From assembly GCA_024280785.1 (NCBI GenBank), contig JAJRPK010000036.1, positions 1-37,108 of the forward strand: DNA of 37,108 nt, read 5' to 3'. This document shows positions 27,531-36,175 of the stretch, piece by piece. The notes beneath the pieces were generated by a model, which made no database searches, was not told where the DNA came from, and was given only the letters and a program-made list of their open reading frames with translations. Position numbers and translations under genes: made by a program. The number at the start of each line of letters is the position of its first letter. Position 1 is the first letter of the stretch. This stretch comes from Gammaproteobacteria bacterium. Its GTDB lineage: Bacteria > Pseudomonadota > Gammaproteobacteria > Pseudomonadales > UBA7434.

Positions 27531-27539
27531 GTCAAGAAC

Positions 27540-27884
27540 TCAGGACTTGTCCGACGGTTTATCTATGATTTGATTGGCGCGATGGCTTAGCTCATCTGAT
27601 GACTGGTTAATTTGTTCCACCGTTTGGTTGATTGTCTCTGCGGTCTGCTTAAGTTGATCTGCAGATTCGCCCAGTTGATGCATGATATTTTCGTTGTGGA
27701 TTTGCTGCCGAATTTCGTCAGCATTTATTTCGCGCTCGATGTCGGTCTTGATGTCATTGAAGCTGCGTTTGATTCTCCCTATCCACAACGCCACTGTTTT
27801 TATTGCCGCAGGCAGACGCTCGGGGCCGAGTATTAGCAGCGACAGCACGCTGATCAGTAGAATTTCTTGAATACCTATATCCAT
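27540..27884 (-). CDS. tatB: Twin-arginine translocase subunit TatB
   Basis: 114 aa. N-terminus [25 protein letters not shown] plus an amphipathic helix. Positioned between tatA and tatC. Confidence 0.9.
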   Translation of the reverse strand: MDIGIQEILLISVLSLLILGPERLPAAIKTVALWIGRIKRSFNDIKTDIEREINADEIRQQIHNENIMHQLGESADQLKQTAETINQTVEQINQSSDELSHRANQIIDKPSDKS

Positions 27885-27946
27885 GATATATCCGTGCCTA
27901 CATTAAAACGGCGGTGGCGTTATAAAAGCCCATGAACAATGGCAAG

Positions 27947-28204
27947 TTAATCCTTTTTGCTTTCAACGGTTTCAGCATTTTTGGTGCTGTCAGTGTCAGT
28001 GTCCGTTGCCGATGTTTGAGCTTGAATGCTTGTGGTTTCATCCGTCTCTTTTTCAGGCTCTTCTTCGTTTAAAGATTGTTTGAATCCTTTGAGCGCCCCA
28101 CCTAGATCGCTGCCAATATTTTTTAATCGCTTAGTGCCAAAAATCATAATGACGATAGCTAAAATAATAAGGAGTTGCCAAATACTAATTCCACCAAAAC
28201 CCAT
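27947..28204 (-). CDS. tatA: Twin-arginine translocase subunit TatA
   Basis: 85 aa. [42 protein letters not shown] is the canonical TatA/E N-terminus. Confidence 0.92.
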   Translation of the reverse strand: MGFGGISIWQLLIILAIVIMIFGTKRLKNIGSDLGGALKGFKQSLNEEEPEKETDETTSIQAQTSATDTDTDSTKNAETVESKKD

Positions 28205-28268
28205 GACTGTATCTCCGATAACGAGTAGTTAACTGTTGTAGATATGTTGGTTGTAGTTGTGCTTCGAT

Positions 28269-28628
28269 TTACTTCGATTTACGCGATGCTTTTTCGTCAA
28301 TACCTGAGACGCCAAAGCGTCGCGCTAGTTCTTCTAGTACGTCATTTGCATTGGCATCTAAATGCGACAGCATGACCAACGTATGAAACCATAAATCGGC
28401 AGTTTCGCTGATCAGTGCTGCTCTGTCTGTGTCACTGTTCTCTTCTTTCGCTTGAGACGCCGCGTAATCTTTAGCCGCTAAGATTGTTTCAGTGGCTTCT
28501 TCGCCCACTTTTTCTAGAATCTTGTTCAAACCCTTTGCGTGGAGCTGAGCAACATAGGAGCTGTCGGCTAACGCCGAGTTCTTGCGTTGCTCTAGTATCT
28601 CGGTGAGTTCTGCTAATACTTTGCTCAT
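28269..28628 (-). CDS. hisE: Phosphoribosyl-ATP pyrophosphatase
   Basis: 119 aa. SYVAQL...[23 protein letters not shown] and [13 protein letters not shown] are MazG-like HisE motifs. Confidence 0.9.
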   Translation of the reverse strand: MSKVLAELTEILEQRKNSALADSSYVAQLHAKGLNKILEKVGEEATETILAAKDYAASQAKEENSDTDRAALISETADLWFHTLVMLSHLDANANDVLEELARRFGVSGIDEKASRKSK

Positions 28629-28650
28629 GGTTTTGACTCTTGATTCATTT

Positions 28651-28692
28651 CACTTCTCACTTCTCACTTCTCACTTCTCACTTCTCACTTCT
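28651..28692. repeat. Heptanucleotide microsatellite (CACTTCT)6, i.e. (AGAAGTG)6 on the gene strand, 22 nt upstream of the hisE ATG
   Basis: Counted directly: six perfect head-to-tail copies followed by a partial CA, in the 176-bp hisI-hisE spacer. Confidence 0.97.
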
Positions 28693-28804
28693 CAGGAAAG
28701 GAAAGAGATTGCCTTGTTCAGTGAATAATAGCGGCAAATGGATAAGATAAAGTTTAGTTGAAATACGTCACTATCGGTGCTCTGGTATGGAGATGTTAAC
28801 CCCG

Positions 28805-29197
28805 TTAATAAATTTCGCTAGGATCCTTTATCGGTTTTTCGACGGCAATCCAGCCCTCGTGCTCTGAATACCGCTGATACATGCAGCTTTGACGGCCTGT
28901 GTGGCAAGCGATGCCACCGCGCTGTTCTACCATCAGCAATATCGTGTCGGCGTCGCAATCGAGCCGAATATCGACAATTTTCTGCGTGTGCCCAGAAGTT
29001 TCGCCTTTATGCCATAGGCGCTGTTTGGACCGTGACCAGTATACGGCTTCGCCTTTGTCAATGGTGGCAACCAAGGCATCGCGATCCATCCAGGCCAGCA
29101 TTAACACCTTCTTGCTGGCGGCATCTTGGGCTATGGCAGGAACCAGACCATCACTGTTCCATTTGATAGCGCTTAATAGCAAATCTTGATCGTTCAT
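28805..29197 (-). CDS. hisI: Phosphoribosyl-AMP cyclohydrolase
   Basis: 130 aa. [37 protein letters not shown] and ACHTGRQSC are canonical HisI motifs. Confidence 0.95.
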   Translation of the reverse strand: MNDQDLLLSAIKWNSDGLVPAIAQDAASKKVLMLAWMDRDALVATIDKGEAVYWSRSKQRLWHKGETSGHTQKIVDIRLDCDADTILLMVEQRGGIACHTGRQSCMYQRYSEHEGWIAVEKPIKDPSEIY

Positions 29198-29215
29198 TTC
29201 AAAGGGCTGGCCAGA

Positions 29216-30790
29216 TTAGTTGAAAAACAGCGTGCTGATGATAAATAGTATCGCGAATGTGCCGAGAGTTACATTGAATAATTGTTGCTGCCGTGCCAGC
29301 CGTTCTAGCCTGTCGATCTGCTGCTGTTCGTGCCGACGGAGTTGCTGCTGTTGCTTAGAGCTGGGGCCGGTATCCTGCCGCAGTTTGTCAAACACCAGAT
29401 GAGGTAGACTGGGCAATAGTTCCAGCAGTGACGGCGCTTGGTCTTTTAACTCGCTTAGTATTCGCTGTGGCGAGTAGCGTTTGGCCATCCAATTTTCTAA
29501 AAACGGGTGAGCGGTTTGCCACAGGTCAAGATCGGGGTAAAGTTGCCGCCCCAGACCTTCGATATTCAGCAGTGTTTTTTGTAGCAGAACCAGCGAGGGT
29601 TGAACTTCCATGCCAAAGCGGCGAGCAGCCTGGAACAAGTAAATCAGAAGAGTCCCGAATGAAATTTCACTTATTGGCCGTTCAAAAATGGGTTCACAAG
29701 CACTACGAATAAGATTTTCAAAAGCTTGAGCATTCGTCTCAGCAGGCACCCAGCCGGATTCAATATGCAGTTGCGCGACTAAGTGATAATCTCGGTTGAA
29801 AACAGCTAGTAAATTGCGGGCTAAATAGTAACGATCGGAGTCAGAGAGAGAGCCCATGATTGCGCAGTCGATGCCAATGTAGCGGGGCGAGTCCGGCTTG
29901 CTGATATCGACAAAAATGTTGCCAGGGTGCATGTCGGCATGAAAAAAATTATGGTCGAACACCTGGGTAAAAAATATTTCGACACCGCGTTCGGCCAAAA
30001 CTTTTAAATTAACATTGTTCTCGTTTAGCTCGTCAATATTAGAGACGGGCACACCGTACATGCGCTCCATGACCAACACTTTTTGGCAACTAAAATCCCA
30101 GAAAATCTTGGGGATGATGAGCATTTTTTGAAGCTCTTCCGAGGCTTCAAAATTCCGTTTGAGCTGAGAGCAATTAGCCGCCTCACGCTTTAGGTCGAGT
30201 TCGTCAAAGATGGTGTGTCGGTAGTCACTGACTACTTCGACGGGGCGCAATCGCCGACCGTCTAACGAGTACTTCTCGATTAATGTCGCTATTAAAAACA
30301 GTAGTTGGATATCCTGATGAATCACTCTTTCGATGCCAGGCCGGATGACTTTTACCACAACTTCTTCGCCGCTGTGCAAGCGGGCGGAATGGATTTGCGC
30401 AACCGAGGCTGAGGCAAGCGGGGTTACCTCAAAGCGGGCGAATGCTTGTTCTACCGATTGATGTAATGCATTTTCAATAATAGCCACTGACGTGGCGCTG
30501 TCGAACGGTGCCACCTGGTCTTGCAACTTTGCCAATTCGTCAGCTAAATCAGTTGGTAGTAAATCACGGCGAGTTGATAGTAGCTGTCCAAATTTAATAA
30601 AGACCGGGCCAAGATCCTGTAAGGCATGGCGCAACCTTACTGCACGCTGTTCGCTGTTGGCTGGAAAAAGAGCAGCCAATGCAACCGCCAGTTTTAACGG
30701 CCATCTAAGATTTTCTCTCGGGATAAAGCTATCGAGCCGATAACGAATCACCGTACGGATAATAGCGAGTAAGCGTAAAAAACGGTTCAT
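29216..30790 (-). CDS. ubiB: Ubiquinone biosynthesis regulatory kinase-like protein UbiB (ABC1/ADCK family)
   Basis: 524 aa. [44 protein letters not shown] and a C-terminal TM helix. Its stop overlaps the ubiJ region (30787-30790). Confidence 0.95.
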   Translation of the reverse strand: MNRFLRLLAIIRTVIRYRLDSFIPRENLRWPLKLAVALAALFPANSEQRAVRLRHALQDLGPVFIKFGQLLSTRRDLLPTDLADELAKLQDQVAPFDSATSVAIIENALHQSVEQAFARFEVTPLASASVAQIHSARLHSGEEVVVKVIRPGIERVIHQDIQLLFLIATLIEKYSLDGRRLRPVEVVSDYRHTIFDELDLKREAANCSQLKRNFEASEELQKMLIIPKIFWDFSCQKVLVMERMYGVPVSNIDELNENNVNLKVLAERGVEIFFTQVFDHNFFHADMHPGNIFVDISKPDSPRYIGIDCAIMGSLSDSDRYYLARNLLAVFNRDYHLVAQLHIESGWVPAETNAQAFENLIRSACEPIFERPISEISFGTLLIYLFQAARRFGMEVQPSLVLLQKTLLNIEGLGRQLYPDLDLWQTAHPFLENWMAKRYSPQRILSELKDQAPSLLELLPSLPHLVFDKLRQDTGPSSKQQQQLRRHEQQQIDRLERLARQQQLFNVTLGTFAILFIISTLFFN

Positions 30791-31428
30791 TGGGGATTTT
30801 TGTCTTTGTCTGCGTTTTGTTGTTGGTGGCGAGAGAGGCGCGCTTGCATGCGATCTAGCTGCATCTCTATTTCTCTTAAGCGAGTGGAAAAATTTTCGAC
30901 TTCGATGCGAGTAGGTAAAAGCCTCGCTTCTTCGTGGAGAAAATCGTTGATGCTACGGTGCAGGGTTTTACCCAGCTGTTTGCCAAAGCTAATAGCGAGG
31001 TCAGTGGCACGGCCGGCAAAGTGGGCGGGCACGTCGCCGATAATTCGAGATAGGTGACCTTCCCAGTCGAGCTGAATATTTGCGGCTATAGCTTTTAGCT
31101 CGACGAATACGGTACTGTCGCCGCTGATTGAGAGCTCACCGTTTATGAGCGCCGAGGCGGTGTCATCTGCTGCTAGCAGCTCTAGCCAAGCGGCTAGCTT
31201 ACCTTCGATGCTGGCGTCAGCGGCATGTTCGTAGTGTTGTAATATTTCGATCTTTTCGCCAATACGAATATACATTGTGATATCAGGTTGATGACAGCTG
31301 ATACACAATACGCGGCCGGCATAATCTGCCAATTTTTTTCGAGTGCTATGATCTAGCGTTAGACTACGATTAATCGCATTTTCTAACGCCGCATAACTGG
31401 CCGATGTCAGAGTGGGGTCAATCATCAT
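30787..31428 (-). CDS. ubiJ: Ubiquinone biosynthesis accessory factor UbiJ (SCP2 domain, YigP-like)
   Basis: 213 aa, located between ubiE and ubiB as in E. coli and Pseudomonas. It has an SCP2-like N-terminal half and a coiled C-terminal tail ([14 protein letters not shown]). Confidence 0.8.
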   Translation of the reverse strand: MMIDPTLTSASYAALENAINRSLTLDHSTRKKLADYAGRVLCISCHQPDITMYIRIGEKIEILQHYEHAADASIEGKLAAWLELLAADDTASALINGELSISGDSTVFVELKAIAANIQLDWEGHLSRIIGDVPAHFAGRATDLAISFGKQLGKTLHRSINDFLHEEARLLPTRIEVENFSTRLREIEMQLDRMQARLSRHQQQNADKDKNPQ

Positions 31429-31461
31429 AGTGCGGGACTACTCGTATAATATGATGCTCAT

Positions 31462-32253
31462 TCATTCGCTTTTTATGCCTTTGTGCACGGCGACAATACC
31501 GCCCGTCATATTGTGGTATTCGCACTCGTTGAAACCCGCGTCTTCCATCATGCCCTTTAACGTTTCCTGATCGGGGTGCATGCGGATCGATTCGGCTAAA
31601 TAGCGATAGCTGTCCTCATCTTGTGCAAATATTTTGCCGATTTTGGGGAGTATATTAAACGAGTAAGTATCGTAGATTTGGCCGAGTAACGGATGAGTAG
31701 GTTTGGAAAACTCCAATACTAATAATCGCCCGCCGGGTTTTAATACTCTAAACATAGAACGTAATGCGAGGTCTTTATCTGTCACATTGCGTAGGCCAAA
31801 GCCAATGGTTATGCAGTCGAAATAATCGTCGGGAAAGGGCAAGTATTGAGCGTCGCCTTGAACACAGTGAACATTGCCACATAAGCCGTTATCAGTCAGG
31901 CGGTCGCGCCCTGTACTGAGCATTGAGGCGTTGATATCGGATAAGATGACTTCACCCTCACGACCCACTAGCCGACTAAACTTTGCTGCCAAATCGCCTG
32001 TACCACCGGCTAAATCAAGAACTCTGTGGCCGGGGCGAACCGCCGAGAGCTCAATGGTAAAGCGCTTCCATAGTCGATGAACCCCCGCTGACATTAGGTC
32101 GTTCATGATGTCGTAGCGGCTGGCGACAGACGAAAACACTTGGTTAACCAGTCCGGCTTTATCCTCGGTAGGCACCTCTTGATAACCAAAATGGGTTGTG
32201 TTTTGCTTGTCTGCAGTGCTTGATTGTTGGTCAGTAGAGCGGTGGTCTGTCAT
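31462..32253 (-). CDS. ubiE: Demethylmenaquinone / ubiquinone C-methyltransferase
   Basis: 263 aa. [39 protein letters not shown] and GGIVAVHKG are canonical UbiE/MenG motifs. Confidence 0.95.
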   Translation of the reverse strand: MTDHRSTDQQSSTADKQNTTHFGYQEVPTEDKAGLVNQVFSSVASRYDIMNDLMSAGVHRLWKRFTIELSAVRPGHRVLDLAGGTGDLAAKFSRLVGREGEVILSDINASMLSTGRDRLTDNGLCGNVHCVQGDAQYLPFPDDYFDCITIGFGLRNVTDKDLALRSMFRVLKPGGRLLVLEFSKPTHPLLGQIYDTYSFNILPKIGKIFAQDEDSYRYLAESIRMHPDQETLKGMMEDAGFNECEYHNMTGGIVAVHKGIKSE

Positions 32254-32397
32254 GTAGGCCTCGATGAGGGTGACTTAATGAGGGTATTGTACCCGTCTGT
32301 GTTCTTTCACGACAGGGGGTAAGACGTCGGGTTTGACAGTGCCGATAGCTATGTTTTGTTTCGTTATTGTAAGCGGTAGAATTTTGTTACTGAGTCT

Positions 32398-32781
32398 TTA
32401 GGAAGGTTCAAAAAAGTTGATAACCTGTACGTCGGGGTCACGATTTTTTCCGTGTTCGACCAATTGGTCTAAATAGTCTTGCCAGTAGCGATTATAGTTG
32501 TCACCCAACTCTTTTAAATAATCCCAGGAATAGATTCCGCTATTATGTTCATCGTCAAAGTTGATCTGTAGTGCGTAGTTTCCGACGGTGGCAATCGATG
32601 TAATACCCACTTGTTTTTTCCCGTGCTGTAACACTGCTTGGCTAGGGTGATGGCCTCGAACTTCGGCGGATGGTGAATAGACTCTTAAGTATTCTGCATC
32701 CAACAGCAAGCGCTCATTTTCGCTATAGGCCAATTCGAGTTGCTTGGATTTTTTGTGTAATTCGACGCTTTCAGGGATCAC
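32398..32781 (-). CDS. DUF971 family protein (gamma-butyrobetaine hydroxylase-like N-terminal domain)
   Basis: 127 aa. LLLDAEYLRVYSPSAEVRGH and GNYALQINFDDEHNSGIYSWDYL fit DUF971. Conserved position upstream of ubiE. GTG start. Confidence 0.8.
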   Translation of the reverse strand: MIPESVELHKKSKQLELAYSENERLLLDAEYLRVYSPSAEVRGHHPSQAVLQHGKKQVGITSIATVGNYALQINFDDEHNSGIYSWDYLKELGDNYNRYWQDYLDQLVEHGKNRDPDVQVINFFEPS

Positions 32782-32829
32782 TTTTCGTGGCTCTTGTTTG
32801 TTATGGACATGATTACTATTTAAGATGTT

Positions 32830-32891
32830 GTTCAGGGTGGATTGTTCAGGGTGGATTGCTCAGGGTGGATTGTTCAGGGCGGACTGTTCAG
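32830..32891. repeat. 14-bp tandem repeat GTTCAGGGTGGATT, about 4.4 copies (copies 3 and 4 carry 1 and 3 substitutions)
   Basis: Read directly: units at 32830, 32844, 32858 and 32872, plus a partial GTTCAG at 32886. Confidence 0.95.
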
Positions 32892-33002
32892 AACAAAGTC
32901 GGCGGCTCTCTCCTCCAGCATGACACAGGCCGCGATTCGGTAGGCTGCCGCGCAACCGGCAGACCCTGCGCCAACAACAATGATATCGTATTCTTTTGTC
33001 AC
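32874..33002 (-). pseudogene. N-terminal stub (42 codons) of an FAD-dependent oxidoreductase
   Basis: My translation of the minus strand from GTG 33002 gives (M)TKEYDIIVVGAGSAGCAAAYRIAACVMLEERAADFVLNSPP*. This carries the dinucleotide-binding GxGxxG fingerprint of FAD/GMC-type enzymes. The frame terminates at a TGA inside the 14-bp tandem repeat. Confidence 0.6.
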
Positions 33003-33016
33003 CGGATGGGTCCGCT

Positions 33017-33824
33017 TTATGTTTCGGGGTCGAGGCCGAAGGATTTATTGATGCCAAAGCGCTTGCCGGCAAGGAAACCACCGTCGACAGTTAGCGCCGC
33101 ACCGGAGACAAAGGATGCTTCATCCGAACCGATAAAGGCGCAAACATTGGCAACTTCACGCGGTGTACCCATACGGCCAAGTTGGTGAGCATCTTCGACA
33201 GCCTCCCGCATTTCCGGGTCTTCGATAGCCGCTGACATAGGCGTTTCAATAAAGCCGGGGCAGATGGCGTTAATGCGAATGCCCCAGCGACCGTAATCTA
33301 TGGACATATTTTTTGACAGCATCACAACGGCGCCTTTTGAGGCGTTGTAAGCAGCGGTGAACTCCTGGGCCTCTAAGCCTTCAACGCTGGCGATGTTCAT
33401 AATTGAGCCCGATCGTTGCTCCATCATGATGGGCAGCGCATAGTGGCAGCTGAGAAAAGTACCTTTGAGGTTAATATCCATAACGCGGTCAAACTCGTCT
33501 GGGTCGACGAGATGTACTGAGCCCGCTCCACCGATACCCGCGGAATTGACCACGATATCCAGTGAGCCAAATTGTTTTTGAGTGAGTTCAATCGCAGCCT
33601 TAAGGGCTTCTTTGTCGGTCACGTCACCTTGGATAAACTGACATTGGCTCTGTTGTGCAACCGCCGCGGGCCAATCTCCATTACTGGCCAGGTTCAGGTC
33701 ATAGCCAACGACAATGGCCCCTTGTTCGGCAAAGCGAAGAGCGCATGCAGCACCGATACCTGAGGCAGCACCGGTAATAAAAGCAACTTTTTTGTCTAAA
33801 GGTAGTATTAGCGAACCCTTCCAT
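33017..33824 (-). pseudogene. Short-chain dehydrogenase/reductase (SDR), apparently frameshifted near the 5' end
   Basis: The ORF track gives only 33017-33622 (NSAGIGG, YNASK = YxxxK, ICPGFIETPM). The same frame stays open upstream and encodes DKKVAFITGAASGIGAACALRFAEQGA (TGxxxGIG) but contains no ATG/GTG/TTG. ATG 33824 (MEGFANTTFRQK) is one base out of frame and would join the SDR frame if the T6 run at 33788-33793 were T5. Confidence 0.6.
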
Positions 33825-33874
33825 TATTCATCATTTGGAGCTGCACTTTTGTATAAATACATATACGGATATTA

Positions 33875-33890
33875 GTATACCATGGTGTAC
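33875..33890. promoter_or_regulatory. Near-palindrome GTATACCATGGTGTAC (14 of 16 positions symmetric) in the SDR / CoA-transferase divergent promoter region
   Basis: Read directly. Its size and position are typical of a TetR/IclR-type operator, but no regulator gene is adjacent. Confidence 0.25.
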
Positions 33891-33975
33891 AAAGTGGCCT
33901 TCAGTGTATCGATACGGCTTAATTGGAGCCTTAAACAATAAGCACAATATCAACTCATCAAAAGGTTTAGACATT

Positions 33976-35103
33976 ATGGGTCCACTTCAGGGCATTCGAA
34001 TTATTGAAATTGCAGGCATAGGCCCAGGCCCGTTTTGTGGCATGTTGCTAGCGGATATGGGCGCAGAAGTTATTCGCATAGACCGGCCGGGTGGTGGTAT
34101 GTTCGGCGGAAACGCCGATTATGATTATCTTAATCGAGGCAAACGCTGTATTGCGGTAAACCTGAAATCACCCGAAGGTGTTGAAGTCGTGTTGAAATTG
34201 GTAGAAACCGCCGATGGTCTGATCGAAGGATTTCGTCCTGGTGTAGTAGACAAGCTGGGTATCGGCCCGGACATCGTTTGTGCACGAAACCCCAAGCTTG
34301 TATATGGCCACATGACGGGCTGGGGGCAAGATGGCCCATGGTCGAAAATGGCAGGTCACGATATCAATTACATTTCGATAACCGGTGCTTTGGCGGCTAT
34401 AGGCAAGAAAGACAGCGGCCCGGTACCGCCTCTGGCGTTAGTGGGTGATTTTGGCGGTGGCGGTTTGATGCTGGCTTTCGGCATGGTGTGTGCGCTGATG
34501 GAAGCGAAGATCTCCGGCCAAGGGCAGGCGGTGGATGCGGCGATGATCGATGGCGTATCCGTTTTAATGGCAAGCTTTTTCGGTGCACAGCAAGTAGGAT
34601 TTTGGAATGAAAAACGGGGAACCAACATGTTAGATTCCGGCGCACCCTATTACGACACCTATGAATGTGCTGATGGCGAATACATTAGTGTGGGTGCCAT
34701 TGAACCCCAGTTTTATATCGAATTGCTTGAGGGTTTGGGATTGAGCGGTAGGGAGCTACCCGATCAAAATGACATGGAACAGTGGCCGCTGCTAAAAGAA
34801 ACCTTTATCGAGGTCATTAAATTAAAAACCCGCGATCAATGGGCAGAAGTATTTGATGCTAAAGATGCTTGTGTAACACCGGTTTTGAAAATGTCCGAAG
34901 TTGCGGAACATCCACAAATAAAGGCCCGTGGAACCATGGTGGATGTTGATGGTATCTTGCATCCTGGGCCTGCACCGAGGTTTAGTCGTACCAAGGCAAA
35001 AATTAAACACGGTGCGGTAGACAGTGGAGAGCACACGGACGAAATTCTTAATGCACTGGGATTGGACGCCTCGGCACTACGTGAAATGGGTGCTGTTTGT
35101 TAA
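33976..35103 (+). CDS. Family III CoA-transferase (CaiB/BaiF), alpha-methylacyl-CoA racemase-like
   Basis: 375 aa from ATG 33976. MGPLQGIRIIEIAGIGPGPFCGMLLADMGAEVIRIDRP closely parallels the racemase N-terminus (GPL.G.RV.EL.G.GP.P...M.L.D.GA.V.RI.RP), with GHDINY and VGDFGGGG also present. The 47 upstream codons of the ORF track are rejected. Confidence 0.9.
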   Translation: MGPLQGIRIIEIAGIGPGPFCGMLLADMGAEVIRIDRPGGGMFGGNADYDYLNRGKRCIAVNLKSPEGVEVVLKLVETADGLIEGFRPGVVDKLGIGPDIVCARNPKLVYGHMTGWGQDGPWSKMAGHDINYISITGALAAIGKKDSGPVPPLALVGDFGGGGLMLAFGMVCALMEAKISGQGQAVDAAMIDGVSVLMASFFGAQQVGFWNEKRGTNMLDSGAPYYDTYECADGEYISVGAIEPQFYIELLEGLGLSGRELPDQNDMEQWPLLKETFIEVIKLKTRDQWAEVFDAKDACVTPVLKMSEVAEHPQIKARGTMVDVDGILHPGPAPRFSRTKAKIKHGAVDSGEHTDEILNALGLDASALREMGAVC

Positions 35104-35138
35104 TTTGTCTGGCATTCAATAGCGCGGGACCGGCTTTA

Positions 35139-35282
35139 TTTGTAGACGCAGTGGTGGATAACTATCACCTTAAGCCGTCATCACCGGCGGTCGACTCCGA
35201 TAATTCCGCCAATAGCTATAGCAACGAGCCCGGTTTACATGGCCAGAAAATTAACCGCGGTGCGTACGGCGATACCCCATAA
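35139..35282 (+). pseudogene. C-terminal remnant (~48 codons) of a right-handed beta-helix / pectate-lyase-fold protein
   Basis: FVDAVVDNYHLKPSSPAVDSDNS...GLHGQKINRGAYGDTP resembles the common C-terminal tail F.DA..GDY.L.PGSPA.D.G....D..G..R...GAY. No upstream body exists; the CoA-transferase gene occupies that space. Confidence 0.4.
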
Positions 35283-35393
35283 GCGGTCAGTAAAACTGCC
35301 GTTGGGTACCTGCGGTTGGATTACTAGAAAGCAGCACATGGGTAGCATAGGGTAATTATTAGAATTTAAAATTGCGCTAAGTCATTGATTTAA

Positions 35394-35440
35394 TGGTGGG
35401 CTCGGGAGGGTTTGAACCTTCGACCTGTCGATTATGAGTC
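35394..35440 (-). other. 3' half of a CAU-anticodon tRNA (Met/Ile2-like): a possible att-site scar or decayed tRNA
   Basis: The reverse complement reads GACTCATAATCGAC-AGGTC-GAAGG-TTCAAAC-CCTCC-CGAGCCC-A-CCA, i.e. anticodon loop CUCAUAA, variable loop, T-arm (one A.C mismatch), acceptor 3' strand and CCA. The required 5' acceptor strand GGGCTCG and a D-arm are absent upstream. Confidence 0.6.
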
Positions 35441-36175
35441 AAGTGCACAATAAGAACTGACTCAACTAAGTTGAATAAACCTAACAGCTTTTCTTCTGGG
35501 CACTCTCTCCGAAAACCGAAACCGAACCATGGCCGAACAGGTGGATGACCGTCAACAGTTTCAAATATTCCCTCTGATCGTAAAGTGGCCGCAAGGAAGC
35601 CGTGATTGTTGGCACTGTTGAATTCGTAGAGGGGAATGAAGATGGTCGCCTTGAAGGGGTCGTCATGGCCGACATGGTAGGTGAGGGTGCCTTTTGCTCG
35701 GGGGGGAGAGTTTGGGGCAGGTGGATTTTTTTGATGATACGGAGTGAGCCGTTAGGCTTGGGGATCTTAGACACACATAAGGTTTTTCTCAGCAGTTGGA
35801 TAGGATGGAGAACAGGTAGTGTTCTCCATATAAGATACTGAGGTTTGCGCAGGTAATTGGCGATTGAGTTGCATAGTGGGGATAGGCGAAGTAAGTCTTA
35901 GCAAGTACAATGACCCCTCGAAATCATGATTTCTCGAGCTTTGCCGCATCGATTCACGACGATCATGAAAAGCGTTGGATTGAGGTGATTACCGATGAAT
36001 TTGATTTTAGCGTGTCGACGGTGAAATCTTTTATCAAATGTTGATCAACACGGCTAACACCGTTTTTTTGTTTTACCGTAAAAGTATGCTTAGTAAGCAA
36101 GAAGTAGCAGAAAAAATCGACCTTTATCTCAACCAATTGTTAGACCCTTATCGAAAATAAACAGGTAAATATCTT

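Noticed and set aside
28262-28281. 10-bp direct duplication CTTCGATTTA x2 spanning the hisE stop codon
   Set aside because: It is real in the sequence but only two copies of a short unit. It does not change the hisE reading frame beyond the stop, and I see no functional implication.
28651-32891. The possibility that the tandem repeats (7-mer x6 at 28651, 14-mer x4.4 at 32830) are CRISPR arrays
   Set aside because: The units are directly abutting with no spacers, far shorter than CRISPR repeats, and no cas genes are present.
33835-33975. 47-codon extension (TTG start) of the CoA-transferase ORF
   Set aside because: Family III CoA-transferases and racemases begin at the GPL.G.R..E motif, which directly follows ATG 33976. 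The extension covers the AT-rich promoter and operator region.
35481-35774. 97-aa minus-strand ORF (P/S/T-rich) as a possible real gene
   Set aside because: Its composition is low-complexity. An alternative frame on the same strand (TLTYHVGHDDPFKATIFIPLYEF...) looks more protein-like but has no start codon. I treat the whole stretch as decayed coding sequence rather than calling a gene.
35910-36047. 45-codon ORF (MTPRNHDFSSFAASIHDDHEKRWIEVITDEFDFSVSTVKSFIKC) upstream of the P450
   Set aside because: It is too short and has no motif I can assign. It could be a regulator fragment, but that is not supportable from sequence alone.
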